This document shows, piece by piece, positions 1 to 15,099 of a stretch of DNA of 64,000 nucleotides (position 1 is the stretch's first letter; every line of letters begins with the position of its first letter). The notes below the pieces were generated by a model. The model was not told the origin of the DNA and did no database searches. It saw nothing but the letters and a program-made list of their open reading frames with translations. This DNA is from Eledone cirrhosa (lineage: Eukaryota). Location of the stretch: NCBI GenBank assembly GCA_964016885.1, contig OZ024742.1, positions 305,288,001 through 305,352,000 on the forward strand, given 5' to 3'. Made by a program: the position numbers and the translations under genes.

Positions 1-223
1 TATAACAATATGCACACAAGCAATTTGTACACATCCAACACGTACACATGCATCTAAATATTTAATTACAGTTCAATTTGCATGAAGAAATTCAACCGCC
101 ACATATGCATATACCCATAAATCTATGCATAATATTACACATTCCATACACACTTAAACACACACAAGCAGGAAAGCACACAAACAGATACACTCACACG
201 CATATGTACTCTTTGTTGCTCGT

Positions 224-470
<247 letters not shown>

Positions 471-614
471 ACTAAGGAAGCAGTCAACAGATACAAGCTT
501 AACACCCACTCACACACACGTACACACATTCGCACACACACACACACACACACACATGCATGGAATGAAGTAAACACAAACACATGCATAAAACCAAAAT
601 AAAACCAACAGCAG

Positions 615-648
<34 letters not shown>

Positions 649-651
649 AAC

Positions 652-686
<35 letters not shown>

Positions 687-1142
687 AATCAACGTTCATT
701 TGCCATTACTCACAAAGGTAGAAAAATATATAAAAGAAATAGAAAGAAAAGCCACCCCACAGAACCCTCACCACCCCGTCCTCTTCCGACTAGCTCCTCC
801 CCTATTCCTTATTCTATTAAGACAACATTAACAATAACATCAACGAGAACATTCACACCTCTATAGGGTTCTTGCTAAAAGAACTTTTATCAGCTAACCC
901 ATAACACATACCTACCACCAACTGCCACCATATATTTGTTTGTTTTCTTTGTTGTCTTTCTCTTCTACTTCCTCACTTTCTTATCTCCCCCTCACACCCG
1001 ACCTTCCACCCTCTCTATCAATAATCTATCTTTCTTCTTTTTTTCCTCCTTTCTCACTCAATCTACTCATCATAACCATGTATTTCTCTGCACTCGTTCC
1101 CTCACGCTACTTGTTATCTCTCTTTATCCCATTGGATTTCCT

Positions 1143-1497
<355 letters not shown>

Positions 1498-1797
1498 AAC
1501 AGTCAGACAGAATGGTTCAATATAATGAGATGTGATACATGGAAACTGTCAAACGGTTGCAAAAGAGAGAAAGTTTGAGAGTAAATAGAGAGAGTGTGAT
1601 ATTGGTGAAAGGGGGAGTAGTGGAGTTGGAAGGGTAATGTTGAGGAATGTAAATATGGTAAATATGGGAGAGAAATTTCTAAGAACAGGACGATAAGGGT
1701 CGAGGTGAAGGGTATATATATATATATATATTTTTGTTTAATATAAGGAATTGTTTGTTCATTATTTGTTTAATATTTTATCTTGACTCTGTATACC

Positions 1798-1861
<64 letters not shown>

Positions 1862-1866
<5 letters not shown>

Positions 1867-2029
1867 AACAAGTATGACCCCGACGGCAGAGCTCAAGCCG
1901 TTTCGACGGCTAATTCTGGACTCTAGAAGTCGGGGTCATACTTGTTCCTATTACCCACTCTACTACCCTAAGTATTGAGTACTTTGGTGCGTTATGGTCC
2001 ATCTGATTCCTTACCACATTTCCTTCGTT
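1862..2029 (+). mobile_element. Short PLE-like element, 'GGGGTC' family (inverted 5' piece plus sense tail), in (TA)n
   Basis: taggaacaagtatgaccccgac is inverted against gtcggggtcatacttgttccta. The tail has TTGAGTACT (1975). Homologous copies lie at 42134, 48596, 55708 and 62334. Confidence 0.7.
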
Positions 2030-2055
2030 ATATATATATATTTATGTATACACAC

Positions 2056-2113
<58 letters not shown>

Positions 2114-3008
2114 CCCCGACACGTTGACTATTTAACTCTCTTTCTTTTAAGTGTGACATTTCTTGTCATGCATCCTCTTGTTTGTTTCTTTTATTCTTGA
2201 TATACGTACACACATACATACACACACACACATATATATATATTGTCGAGTGCTTGGCCCCACTGCTGAAGGCATTCGTTGGCTTGGCTGCTGATCAAAC
2301 CTCGAATATGCTGTACTATTGTATATATATATATATAAAACATGAGAAGAATGAATACTGCGTGGTTGCACATGGGTTACATATGATAAAAATAGTCCTT
2401 CATCAGTGATTTTCCAACCTTCATTGGTATTTTATCGCTTTAAAAATCATATACCTCCAGTTGGTGCGAGCAATAGCTAAATAAAGCTATTTGGACAAGT
2501 AAATCGCGTAAAGCGAGCGACACAAGTAAACCAACATAGAAGGATAGCAACGCAAAGAGCTCAGCCGTCGGGGTCCCGAATCCTTCGTATGCAAACACAC
2601 ACGCATATATATATATACTGTGTGCGTACATGGGCGGGTCTATCCATCCAAATAACTATTAAGCTGTCGATCTAATCCTCTACTCCGCCATCACTTTGGC
2701 AGATTTTTTAGAATGTCTAATATTTGTATCAGGTATGTGTTCAGATTCTTCCGTGGTTCATTTTGCATTTCATCCCTTCTGCGTTGTTAAGGATAGTATG
2801 AGGTGAGATGTGTTGCAGCCCACTCTCTCCAGTAAAAGCATAGCACATACTATTAAGTCATACTCAATTACGAGTATATGTGAGTGTATGTATATATATA
2901 TATATATATACGGGTATACGTGGATATGTATGTATATATATATAGAGCGTGAAATTAATAAACATTCGTTGTACTGCCTCTCTGTTTTGTCCCTGTTCAA
3001 ATTTTTCC

Positions 3009-3068
<60 letters not shown>

Positions 3069-3069
<1 letters not shown>

Positions 3070-3866
3070 CATCATCATCATCATTATCATCGTTTAACGT
3101 CTATCTTCCACGCTAGGATGGGTTTAGACGGGAATTGTCCCACTTGGGGCAAGATTGGTTGTCTTGCTCGTGTAGGACTGTCTGGCAGGTTTTCTACGGC
3201 TGGATGCCCTTCCTAACACCAACCACGTTTACAGTGAGGGCTGGGAGGTTTTTACCGTGTTACCTACACGGCCACATTACAGCGTGGACTGTGTGTTTTT
3301 TGTCGTGACACCTATACGACCTCATTTATTCAGGACTGGATGTTGTGATACCAACATAACTTTACATCGAAAGGGGTGGTGTAGATGGGGTGGGGGTAGG
3401 AGTAGTGATACGGGGGAGTATTTTGGTTAAGAGGTGCCTACTGACTGTAGGTTTCGCTTTGTACTTAGGCAAGGCGGGTCTTCTGTATTCCTACGTAAGT
3501 CGTCCCAGGTTTTTCTGGCTCTGCCTACTCCGTAGCTACCGTCTATTTTGATCGCCCTGCACTTTTTTTATACAGCTGTCGTCTTTCATGCGCATCACGT
3601 GACCATACCAATGTAGTCTTCTCTCGAGTAAACAGCATCTGATCCCTCTTATTCCTAATTTCTCACTTAGTTCATTTATGCTTTGCCGTTCACGTATATT
3701 ACTGTTACACATCCAACGGAGCATGCAAGCTTCGTTCCTCTCCAGTCTGCGTAGATCCTCTGCACACAATGCTCATGTCCCGCTGCCATGTAACATTGCT
3801 GTTCGTATGCAGGCATCATACAGCCTACCTTTCATTTTTAGAGAGAAACCTTTAGCTGCCAATAGT

Positions 3867-3868
<2 letters not shown>
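3069..3868 (-). mobile_element. 5'-truncated RTE-clade LINE 3' end
   Basis: Minus-strand peptide LRRLERNEACMLRWMC..RRLHWYGHVMRM matches the RTE ORF C-terminus. It is followed by a 3' UTR containing ggctggatgcccttcctaac (+ strand) and an (ATG)n tail at about 3070-3090. Confidence 0.88.
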
Positions 3869-3950
<82 letters not shown>

Positions 3951-4210
3951 GAAGTTATATTTATATTTGTTTTATAAATATAGTTTCCATTTGTTAATAT
4001 ATATTATATATATATATATAAATTTGTATGTATGTGCGTACGCAAAGAGACACTATTATACATGCATGCATACATACATATATATATATATATATATGCA
4101 ACAAAAAATCACGCTAATCTCCATTTATCTTTTTATCAATCTATTTTCGCCTCGTACTCCTTAAATCCTTTTTATGTATATTACCAATTTCTCTCTCCTT
4201 CTGTCACTCT

Positions 4211-4254
<44 letters not shown>

Positions 4255-4332
4255 CAGGGTGTCCTAAAAAATGTATACACACTTCAACAGGATTTTAATC
4301 AAAGCGTGTATACACTTTGGGGGTACACCCTC
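4255..4332. mobile_element. Tc1/mariner-type MITE
   Basis: Imperfect TIRs cagggtgtcctaaaaaatgtatacac / gtgtatacactttgggggtacaccctc, embedded in TA. A degenerate relative lies at 30345-30444. Confidence 0.7.
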
Positions 4333-4341
4333 TATATATAC

Positions 4342-4426
<85 letters not shown>

Positions 4427-4849
4427 CATACATATATATATAAAAATATAAATACATATATACATATATATATATATAATATGTTCCCGTCACTCTCCTA
4501 TATCCTAGTATTTCCCTATTACCTGAATTAAATACAAATGAAAACTTGAACGGATTGAGAAGAGAGAGAGAAGGTGGGGGGGGGGGGGGGGTGAAAGAGA
4601 GTTAGAGAAATTGATAGATAGATAGATAGATATAGGGAAGGTCGTGGGAGACAGGGAGCGAGAGAGAGTAGTAATAAATTAAATTAAATAATAGAGGTAA
4701 AAATAAGAAATAAAAACAAGAAATTAAAGCAAAGTGGAATGTGAGTGACATGAATGAAATTTAAAAGTGTCTTCCATAAAAATAATGGAATGTTGAAGCA
4801 AAGGAGAACACGGGATATAGTAACAACAACAACTGCAACAGTAAAATCA

Positions 4850-5025
4850 TCATCATCATCATCATCATCGCCATCGGAATACTAGACTCCAGCCTCATCA
4901 GCACCAACACTATCATCGACATCACTATCATCGTCAGCATAATCACTATCACATCACCACGAATATAAGCATGCATCATCATCATCATTATCATAATTAC
5001 TACGATCATTGCCCATCAGCCCATC

Positions 5026-5056
<31 letters not shown>

Positions 5057-5067
5057 CCACCATCATC

Positions 5068-5137
<70 letters not shown>

Positions 5138-5231
5138 ACAGCATGAAACACATGAAAAAAATAAAGTAAATATAATTTCATATGACAAAACTGTAAAAGA
5201 TAAAATGAATAGTAAAATGATAATAATAATA

Positions 5232-5282
<51 letters not shown>

Positions 5283-5306
5283 GTGGTGTTGATATTCATG
5301 ACGATA

Positions 5307-5369
<63 letters not shown>

Positions 5370-5429
5370 TTGATGTTGATGGTGGTGTTGATATTGATGA
5401 TGATGATGACGATGATGATGGTGATGATA

Positions 5430-5465
<36 letters not shown>

Positions 5466-5580
5466 GTGATGTTGATGATGATGATGATGATGATGATAAT
5501 GACAATGATGATGATGATGATGATTATAATGATGATGATGATGATGATGATGATGATGGTTATGGTGATGGTGATCATGA
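4850..5580. repeat. (CAT)n tract followed by (ATG)n tract
   Basis: Seen directly. It is the source of the poly-H, poly-M and poly-D ORFs. Confidence 0.95.
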
Positions 5581-5890
5581 TAAAACACATTCACTAAGCT
5601 GTAATGAAGAAAAAACAAAAAAACCCTCAAAACTTCAAATAAAATAAAAGTAAAGAAAAAAATTGGAACAAACAAAAAAATGGCTGAAGAAAATGAGTGA
5701 TTGGAAGGTTTTACGCGCACGCGCGAGGGTGAGTGTATCTGCTTGCACGTGTGTGTATACATAGAGATGTATTAGATGTAAACGCATATATATATTTATA
5801 TATATATATTTATAGTAATAATAAATTTGAAGACATATATATATACACATATATATATACACACATACACACACATATATATGCATATAA

Positions 5891-5991
<101 letters not shown>

Positions 5992-6106
5992 GCATATATA
6001 TGTGTGTGTGTATGTGTGTATATATATGTGTGTATATGTATGTATATATATATATGTGTGTGTGTGTGTATATATATATATATCTATATATATATATATA
6101 TTATAA

Positions 6107-6159
<53 letters not shown>

Positions 6160-6165
6160 TATACA

Positions 6166-6239
<74 letters not shown>

Positions 6240-6291
6240 GCACACACATATATATATACATACATATACACACATATATATATACAGACAT

Positions 6292-6378
<87 letters not shown>

Positions 6379-6499
6379 TGTATACATATATATATATATA
6401 CGGGGATGGTGATTAGGTTGAGAAGAGAGAAGGGAAAAGGCTAATAGTGATGAGTTATTCTAAAATTTAATAAATTTATAGATTCAGTGAAACTTGCAC

Positions 6500-6641
<142 letters not shown>

Positions 6642-7276
6642 AGAGAGAGTTTGTGTGTCTGTGTGTCTGTTGGAGAGAATGGAAAGGTGAATAGGGAAAA
6701 GATAATTTTTTTATACATGTATGTACGTATGTAGTATGAGTATATATATATATACGTATATATATATACGTTTGTATGCATGTAGCTATATACATGCAAA
6801 TGTGTGAATGTATGTATGTGTGCATGCAAGTATGTATATGTGTATGCATATTTATATTTATATATGTATATATATATATATGTGTGTGTGTGTGTATGTG
6901 TGTGCGCGCTTGAGTCGGTGTGTGTCTTTATCTGTATTTAGTCATACATATGTAAGTGTTTGTGTGTATGCGCGTATGTGTAGAAGTTGTGAAAATGTAA
7001 TACAGGCAGACATCTGTAACTTTGACATTAACTACAAGATTCAATAGAAAAAACACAGGGAAGAGGTGACAGGAGAGTTCCACTAATTTACATGGAACAG
7101 AACTGATCACGTTGTTAGGCTTATTGTTATCTATATTAGGGTTATCGTTATCATCATAATCTTATTTATCTCATTATTCTCTGTGATGTTCCCTTTCATA
7201 TACTCGATATAAACCCGACTCTATGTCCTTGTATAGTCCATATGCGCAAATAAAATAAATTATTCATATATCTATA

Positions 7277-7334
<58 letters not shown>

Positions 7335-7380
7335 AATTGGGCATAATCGAAGTTGTAGCCGCAATCATGGTCACCCAATC

Positions 7381-7445
<65 letters not shown>

Positions 7446-7523
7446 TGGTCTTCCCAAAAAATACTTGTCCAGGGTTGGACTTCAGAGGGTTAATCTCTCA
7501 TTGTGTTTCATGACCGAAGTTAA

Positions 7524-7578
<55 letters not shown>

Positions 7579-7582
7579 GGTG

Positions 7583-7694
<112 letters not shown>

Positions 7695-7728
7695 ATATAT
7701 ATATATACGTATATATATATAAAATATA

Positions 7729-7866
<138 letters not shown>

Positions 7867-8065
7867 AAATATAAATACATATATACATATATATATATAT
7901 GTTCCCGTCACTTTCCTATATCCTAGTATCTCCCTATTACCTGAATTAAATGCAAATGAAAACTTGAACGGATTGAGAGAGAGAGTGAGAGAGAGAGAGA
8001 GGGGGGGGAGAAAGAGAGTTAGAAACAAAGACGGAGTAGAGAAAGAGAAATTGATAGATAGATAG

Positions 8066-8097
<32 letters not shown>

Positions 8098-8202
8098 TTA
8101 TTAACAAAGAAATAAGTCATTCCCTGGATACACACACATACACACACACACACACACACACATACACATACACACACACACACACACGCGCGCACACACA
8201 CA

Positions 8203-8235
<33 letters not shown>

Positions 8236-8483
8236 TATGGAATAGTTGACCTTAATACATCGATATAAATTTTGCGCTAAAATACCAAAAATAAAGGACA
8301 CTCATACAGAATAAGAAGAGATATAATTAAATACTCTTTAATATGTTATATTTATAATTTATCCAGATGATTTCATTGTAAGGATATTGTGTGTAATATC
8401 CAAAGGGAATGAAGGATGGGTAGATGAGATGAATAATATATTAACTGTTGAACTTAGTGACTTATTTCTGTCATTACAACACC

Positions 8484-8584
8484 AGAAGTCCGACGAGCTT
8501 TTGATTCCAGAGTCGAGCCAGATCGATACAAATCAAACCTTGAGCTGATCAATAGTGCAATAGCGAAACGCGCGTCACAAATCT
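8484..8584 (+). ncRNA. Degenerate type I hammerhead ribozyme (PLE type)
   Basis: CCGACGA-GC..GC-GAAA-CGCGC-GTC, with palindromic stem III ACGCGCGT. The core has a U>C change and stem I is weak. Confidence 0.45.
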
Positions 8585-8627
8585 ATAAACATAATGAAGG
8601 CATAACAAATCGTCCTTGTATTATTAT

Positions 8628-8810
8628 TTGGCAGTATCGGTAGAGGGTCGGACGCCATGCTTTGATGCATAGAGTTACGGCACTTTCCATACTGAGTTCA
8701 AATCCCGCTGAGGTTAACTTTGCCTTTCATCCTTACGGGGTCGATAAAATAAAGTACCAGTAATGCACTGAGTAATTGCTGGCCTTGTGCCTAAAGTAGA
8801 AACAATTATT
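8628..8810 (+). mobile_element. tRNA-derived SINE, family A
   Basis: A-box-like TGGCAGTATCGG, B-box GAGTTCAAATCCC, body ctttcatccttacggggtcgataaaataaagtaccag and 3' end agaaacaattatt. There are about 10 close copies in the window. Confidence 0.9.
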
Positions 8811-8814
8811 ATCA

Positions 8815-8869
<55 letters not shown>

Positions 8870-9255
8870 GTAGATAGATAGATAGATAGATAGATACACA
8901 CATACACACACACATACATACATACATACATATGAAATTACAAGTACGATCCAGAAAAGTAAAAATATGTAAAACATTCCAAATATTTTGCATCTAATAA
9001 CTGCATATACACATGTACAGATACAAAGCATATACACATGCACACATACAAATCAAAACATACACATCCACACATACAATAACATCCATATCTACACATG
9101 CATGCATACATAATCTACCTAGTTGATGTTGTGTAAATTCCAATTAGAGAGTCTTGTGTCTATGTTAGAAACCGACTCTCTCTCTCTATTGGGAAACAAT
9201 TTGTGAAATTATAAAACCAGAAGAACATACATACATACGTACGTACATACATACA

Positions 9256-9604
9256 TGATGACTGCCCCCTCGTTATCGAGTATGACCGTTGCACGATACA
9301 CCATTATTAATAATTATTAATTAATTATATCGTGAAATGCCTGTGCGTGAAGATATTTTTTAAAGTGAGGAAAGACTGTGCACTGAGCCAATCCCACTCT
9401 CGGAGCGACAGTAGCTATAACCCGAAAAGAAGAAAAAATCGAGATCATCGGTAACTACTGAGCCGCAGGTTTTATATCGGAGTTATCCCAGTTTCCTGAG
9501 TTGCCTTCTACTAGATGAATGCCCTGGCAAAGGCTAGGGGTCCTTCACTCCCAGTGGTTTAACCGCACGATCGGATGTCCAGCCCAACTATTTCTATGTC
9601 CGCG
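9256..9604 (-). mobile_element. Non-autonomous RTE-derived SINE-like element with (ATGT)n tail
   Basis: Strong similarity to 24937-25128 (+). It shares the RTE-like 3' end (..ctcgataacgagggggcag) and 5'-UTR blocks with 44520-45128. Confidence 0.7.
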
Positions 9605-10654
9605 CGCATATACACACACATGCACCCATGTATATACACATATACATACACATGTACATGTGTATATAAATATTTACACACCTTTGGATGGCCGTTGACT
9701 CTTATGAGTTCTTCCGCCCTTTGTCAGGTTTTGTTTTTTGTCCATACATACATGCATACATACATACATGCATACATAGATGCTAGCTGCAGGAAATCAA
9801 GCTGCAGGAAATCAAGTGACTGGTCAAAGAGTAAACTTGTCAGTTCCCGAAAAATAAGAGAGAAGTTGAAATGGCAGCAGCCAAGCAAAATAGACTGATT
9901 AACTGTTGGGATAGTAAGACGCAACACAAAGGAGGAAACAAAATGGAGTTGGATCCGATGTTAATGTATAATCATATAATCATTAGTGTACATTGTACAA
10001 GACGGCCAAATATGATGAAAGAAAATCTAAACAGAAAACAACTACTTTGGGAGTGGAACACAAAATATACAACGACAATTAATCGGAGTAGACAATGTCA
10101 TTAAACTAGACAACAAAATGACTAGACAAAGAAGAAAAACGATGTAGGAAAGAAACTAACCTTTATAACTAGATACAGAAATACGTCTCATTCTTAGGAC
10201 TAACATATATTATACTCATGGTTCATTTTATAATTTTAAATAAATGTATACACTTAGGGAATTAGTTGCTTTTTCCAAGATAGTCATTTTCTTAATTAGT
10301 CTGATGCTTAATTATTTACATTTATTGTTCCTTCAATTATCGAATTGTTTAGCAATTTGATTTAATTTGGTAACTATTTACTGATTATTTTAATTGGTTA
10401 ATTGTTTAATTAATACGAAATCTATTTAGTTAGATCAATCAATTAGGGATTGGTTCATCGATCAATTTTATTTTCAACAATTCTCTAATCTGGCTAGAAA
10501 TTCGGATTATTTGGGAATATTACAACCTGAACAAAGCACGGCCCTATCAAGTTTACTTTCTCAATCTGAAATGGAAAGGGTTACAAATATTTCTTTCCCG
10601 CTTCCAACCCCTTTCTTTTATTATATCTACCGTATACTTGTTATCTCATGGATA

Positions 10655-10975
10655 TTGTCGAATGGTTAATAATTCATTTAGTCCCAGATTCCATGTTACT
10701 GCTTGGCATCTTAGGCAAATGTAATTTACCATAATCTCGAGTCGATCTATACCTTATAAGAGAAACAGGGCAGAAACAAACTCTTTGGAATTCCATAGCA
10801 TGTCGGTTACTTGTAATTCAAACGGCTAATCTTGTCATATACTCTGTCGTGCTGAATTTCCATGAGAATTACTTTAAAAGTACAGGCGTCTACCTCTGAC
10901 TCGCTAATTTCATGGGCAGATTGCTCCGATGATTGAACAACTAAGATACTCCTTGTCGAAAGCGACGAAAATCCA
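10655..10975 (+). mobile_element. Old SINE, family B-related (diverged)
   Basis: 3' blocks tgtaattcaa..gctgaattt..tgagaatt..aatttcatg are shared with 13255-13563. Confidence 0.5.
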
Positions 10976-12714
10976 TCGATCGCGCAACTTGTTATCTCAA
11001 AATATAAGAATAAACAAAAGCTCGACTAAGAAATGTTAAAAGGAATGTCGCTGAAAGCACAGATGTTTTCCTTGACACCAACAAAACTTTAGGCTAATCT
11101 GAGGACAGAATCTTCTTGAAAGACCCTTTTATCATCTCCAAAATCTGAAACCTTCTTTCAGATTGCCCTATTATAGTATGTTTTAATGCAGCTTCATCAA
11201 GTCTTTAATCTATATTTGGGTGTCTTTAGTAGATTCGGTGTTAACTCCCTTAATTCTGTCTCTTCATCATTGACAATCTCTCAATAACTTAACTCACATA
11301 TTCATACATAGACAAACACACAAACATACACACACACATACATACACACCCACCTGCATAGATGTCACCACACACCATTAGTCATAAACGTTGTGCATAC
11401 TTATATATCTATACATAAAAAATGGTAACGTTACTGCTAACATATTAACATAGTGAGCCAGTAATTTTCCGATTAATTAATTTGCACCTGTAGTGAGAAT
11501 AAATAATCATTTGCTTAATATTAAATTCTGAGAGTGAAGATAATAATGACAATTTGATTTATTAAAAAAACAATTAAAAATAGAATGTTTGCAATGTTGA
11601 CTGTTGAATAAGTTTGATCCTGGCAGTAGTTTCACAGAGATTGGGCCTCTTATTTTTCACTAATCACAGACCAATTCTGGACAAGCTGGGTCTCTAGAAA
11701 CCAATATCTATATAAGATATATTCTATTTGGCTGACATTGGTAAGCTCTATCGAATCTAGATAATATGTAGAGTAGTTTTGTTCAACTGACATCTAAATT
11801 CTGAAGCTTATTGTAGTCAGCCTCAACAAACAAACTGTGATTATTATATTAGTTAACCGACATCTCAGCACGCTGACCTATTTGTCTGAAGACTCTGCTC
11901 TCTATGCAGCCAAAAATAAGAAATATAAATTAAAAGGAAAATCGATTGCTGCTGCCTTGATGGAGAAAGTCAGACATAGTATGACGTATGTTATATTTGA
12001 AGAAGATAAGGAGGTTCAATCATGCCAAATTCTTATCCCAACTATTTGGTCTATGAAATGGTTCCTCATAACAATACATGTATGATACGGGGATTAAAAA
12101 GATTGATTTCTGGTACTTATTCTTCCAACCAATCTATTTCTCCTTTTCCGTTTTCTCGGTAAATTTTTTCGGTTTTTTTCCCCTTTGTTTTTATTTTTAC
12201 ATTTCATTTTGGTAAATGCTTTGGATTAAAACACTGATGTCAGACGTGATGTTTTTTTATATATTTTCATTCACCTCTCTTACTTTATACGCACACACAC
12301 ACAAACAAGTATATATATATATATATATAAATACACACACACATACACACACACACATACACATACATATGTGTGTCTGTGTGTATATGTATATATTTAT
12401 ATGTATGTGTGTATGTATATATGTATATATAGGCCATTAAGCCTAGGACACATGAACACATCACCGGAGGATATCGAAGCAGACCTACTGACTACATTTA
12501 TAGTATGGCGGAATCGGCTTTTAAAACAATATGTGGGTTGGAGAGGTGTGAGGAGGAGACAGAAAGAAAAATAGAACCATAAAAAAACAAGAATGTTCTA
12601 ATTAGATTTAAGCATGATTTTTCTCGTTGTTCCTCTACTGGAACACTATGATGTTTGATATTTCGTTTGTGTGTATATGTTGGAGAGGAGAGAGAAGACC
12701 GAGAGGAGGAGATT

Positions 12715-12860
12715 GTGGTAGGGAGACGGTGGTAGAAGAGTGAGAGAGGGAGATGGTGGTAGGAGAGTGAGAGAGGGAGATGGTGGTAGGGTAGTGAGAG
12801 AGGGAGACGGTGATAGAAGAGTGAGAGAGGGAGACGGTGGTAGAAGAGTTAGAGAGTGGG
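12715..12860. repeat. 27-bp purine-rich minisatellite (gggagayggtggtagragagtgagaga), about 5 copies
   Basis: Tandem units seen directly. Confidence 0.85.
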
Positions 12861-13254
12861 AGTTAGAAGAGTGAGAAAGAAGAGAGGGTATGAGAGGAGA
12901 AAGTGAGAGAGGAGAAGAGGGGGTGAAAGAGGTAGAGCGGAGACAGAGTGAAATATATGAAGACTCAGCGATTCATAGATACACCTTCGTATAACCTAAC
13001 AATATACATGATATATTTGTATTCATATATTTCCATATACAGATACGCATGCGCACAAACATGCATATGTACATGTTAACAAACACAAACACATGCACAC
13101 ACTTGTATATACAATCTAAGCCAAATTAATATAACTTAACCATATACACAAGATATTTGTGTATTCATATACATTTTCCTGTGCATATGCAAACGCGCAA
13201 AAACATGTATATATACACTAACTAATACACGCGCAGACATGCGTATAAACACCC

Positions 13255-13563
13255 TGGTGTGAAGGTTAGTAGTTATGATGTTTGACTCACGATCATAACG
13301 TCTTGAGTTCGATTACCAGCGATGCCTTGTGCCTTTGAGAAAAACACTCTGTTCCACGTTGCTCCAGGTCTCTCAGCTAACACATCTAATTTGTATTTGT
13401 AATTCATAAGATCAACTACACATTGTAGCACGCTGAATTTGCCTTTTCCCTGAGAATTGTATTACGGATACAGGTTTCTGTGCAATGCTCAGCCACCTGC
13501 ACATTAATTTCACGAACAGTCTATTCAAACTGGAACACTCATCGTCTTAACCGACGATGTTCC
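13255..13563 (+). mobile_element. tRNA-derived SINE, family B
   Basis: B-box GAGTTCGATT and central tgtgcctttgagaaaaacact..cacgttgctcca, shared with 17341-17458. Confidence 0.7.
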
Positions 13564-13664
13564 AATAAAAGTTCACACAGGAACATAACAGGAATATAAA
13601 TTAATCGGATTGAAGATTTTGTTGTGGTTTCAATCCCGTATTTCGATGCGTGTGTGTATTGGAT

Positions 13665-13930
13665 CTCCGTCGGTTCCGATGATGAGAGATCCTGTGGTTT
13701 AAACAATGGTACAGCTTGTTCATAAATTACAGTGCTAGTCTGTGAGCCTTTCTAGAGACGTGTGTATGCTGAACCTACTTCTCAGGGAGATTCAGTCTTC
13801 GACAGTGAGTAATAAAGCTTGTCCTTTGAATTACAGGTATAACTCATTTTTTGCAAGCGAGTTGTTTGAAGCAGAATGAAATAAAATTTCTTGCTCAATC
13901 ACATAACGCACCACCGTGAATCGAACTTAC
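13665..13930 (-). mobile_element. SINE family B, inverted copy
   Basis: Reverse-complement similarity to 13255-13563. The B-box appears as aatcgaact at about 13919. Confidence 0.6.
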
Positions 13931-13935
13931 GCCGC

Positions 13936-14258
13936 TTTACTGTCTGAGTTCAAACCCCACCTTAGGTTAACTTTGCCATTCATCCTTAAGGGGTCGATAA
14001 AATAAAGCACCAGTAACCTACTGGGGTTGATTTAATCGACTTTACCCTCCCCCCACATTACTGGCCTTCTGGCTATACTAGAAATCATTATTCCTCTCGA
14101 CTCTACATAGCTGAATTGATAGATTCGTTAGAACACCGAATTAAAAATGCCTTCGATATGTATTCCAGATCACAACGCGATGAGTTCAAATTTGGTCGAG
14201 GTTTATTTTGCCTTTCATCTTTTTGAAGTTTGATAAATAAAATACCATTCCATTACTG
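13936..14258 (+). mobile_element. Two older SINE family A copies in tandem
   Basis: gagttcaaa..ctttgcc.ttcatc..gataaa blocks at about 13946 and 14182. Confidence 0.7.
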
Positions 14259-14264
14259 TTGTCG

Positions 14265-14368
<104 letters not shown>

Positions 14369-14628
14369 GAAGAAATCAGCTAAGTTCAGACATGAAGAGA
14401 GATGTGTTCTCCCTGTGTGTGCACAAGCGTATGATAGGGAAACATATATATATATATAAATGAAAAGTATAGAAATTGTTGTAGCGAGAAGTTAACAGTA
14501 TTCCATAACATATACTATATATATATATATATATGTTTCCCTGGCTTTTTGATACAATATTTTCTATACCTTTCATTTATATATATATATATATATATAC
14601 ATATATAAATATATATATACATATATAA

Positions 14629-14665
<37 letters not shown>

Positions 14666-14814
14666 TATAAATATCGTGTTTTCTTTATCTTAATCTCTAT
14701 TTTTTAAAAATCCAATTACACCTTCTAGTTGTTTCCAGTATCTATGTACCTGTCTGACCAAATCCCTTATGCTCTCTCTCTTTCTCTGTCTCTCTCTCTA
14801 TATATATATGTATA

Positions 14815-14847
<33 letters not shown>

Positions 14848-14848
14848 T

Positions 14849-14890
<42 letters not shown>

Positions 14891-14946
14891 TATATATATA
14901 TATATATATATGTATATTTATATATATATATAAGTCCCAAAAGTCA

Positions 14947-14997
<51 letters not shown>

Positions 14998-15099
14998 GGA
15001 GGTGAGTTTTATTGTAGTACAATAAAGCAATGCAGATATCGGATAAGAAGCACTCTACAGTTTGTAGGACTGGAGTATGCATAATATAAGATCAAAAGA

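Noticed and set aside
11590-12090. Possible ancient LINE endonuclease remnant (also an RT-like trace at 9800-10130)
   Set aside because: Too degenerate to support by eye. It needs TBLASTX or HMM evidence.
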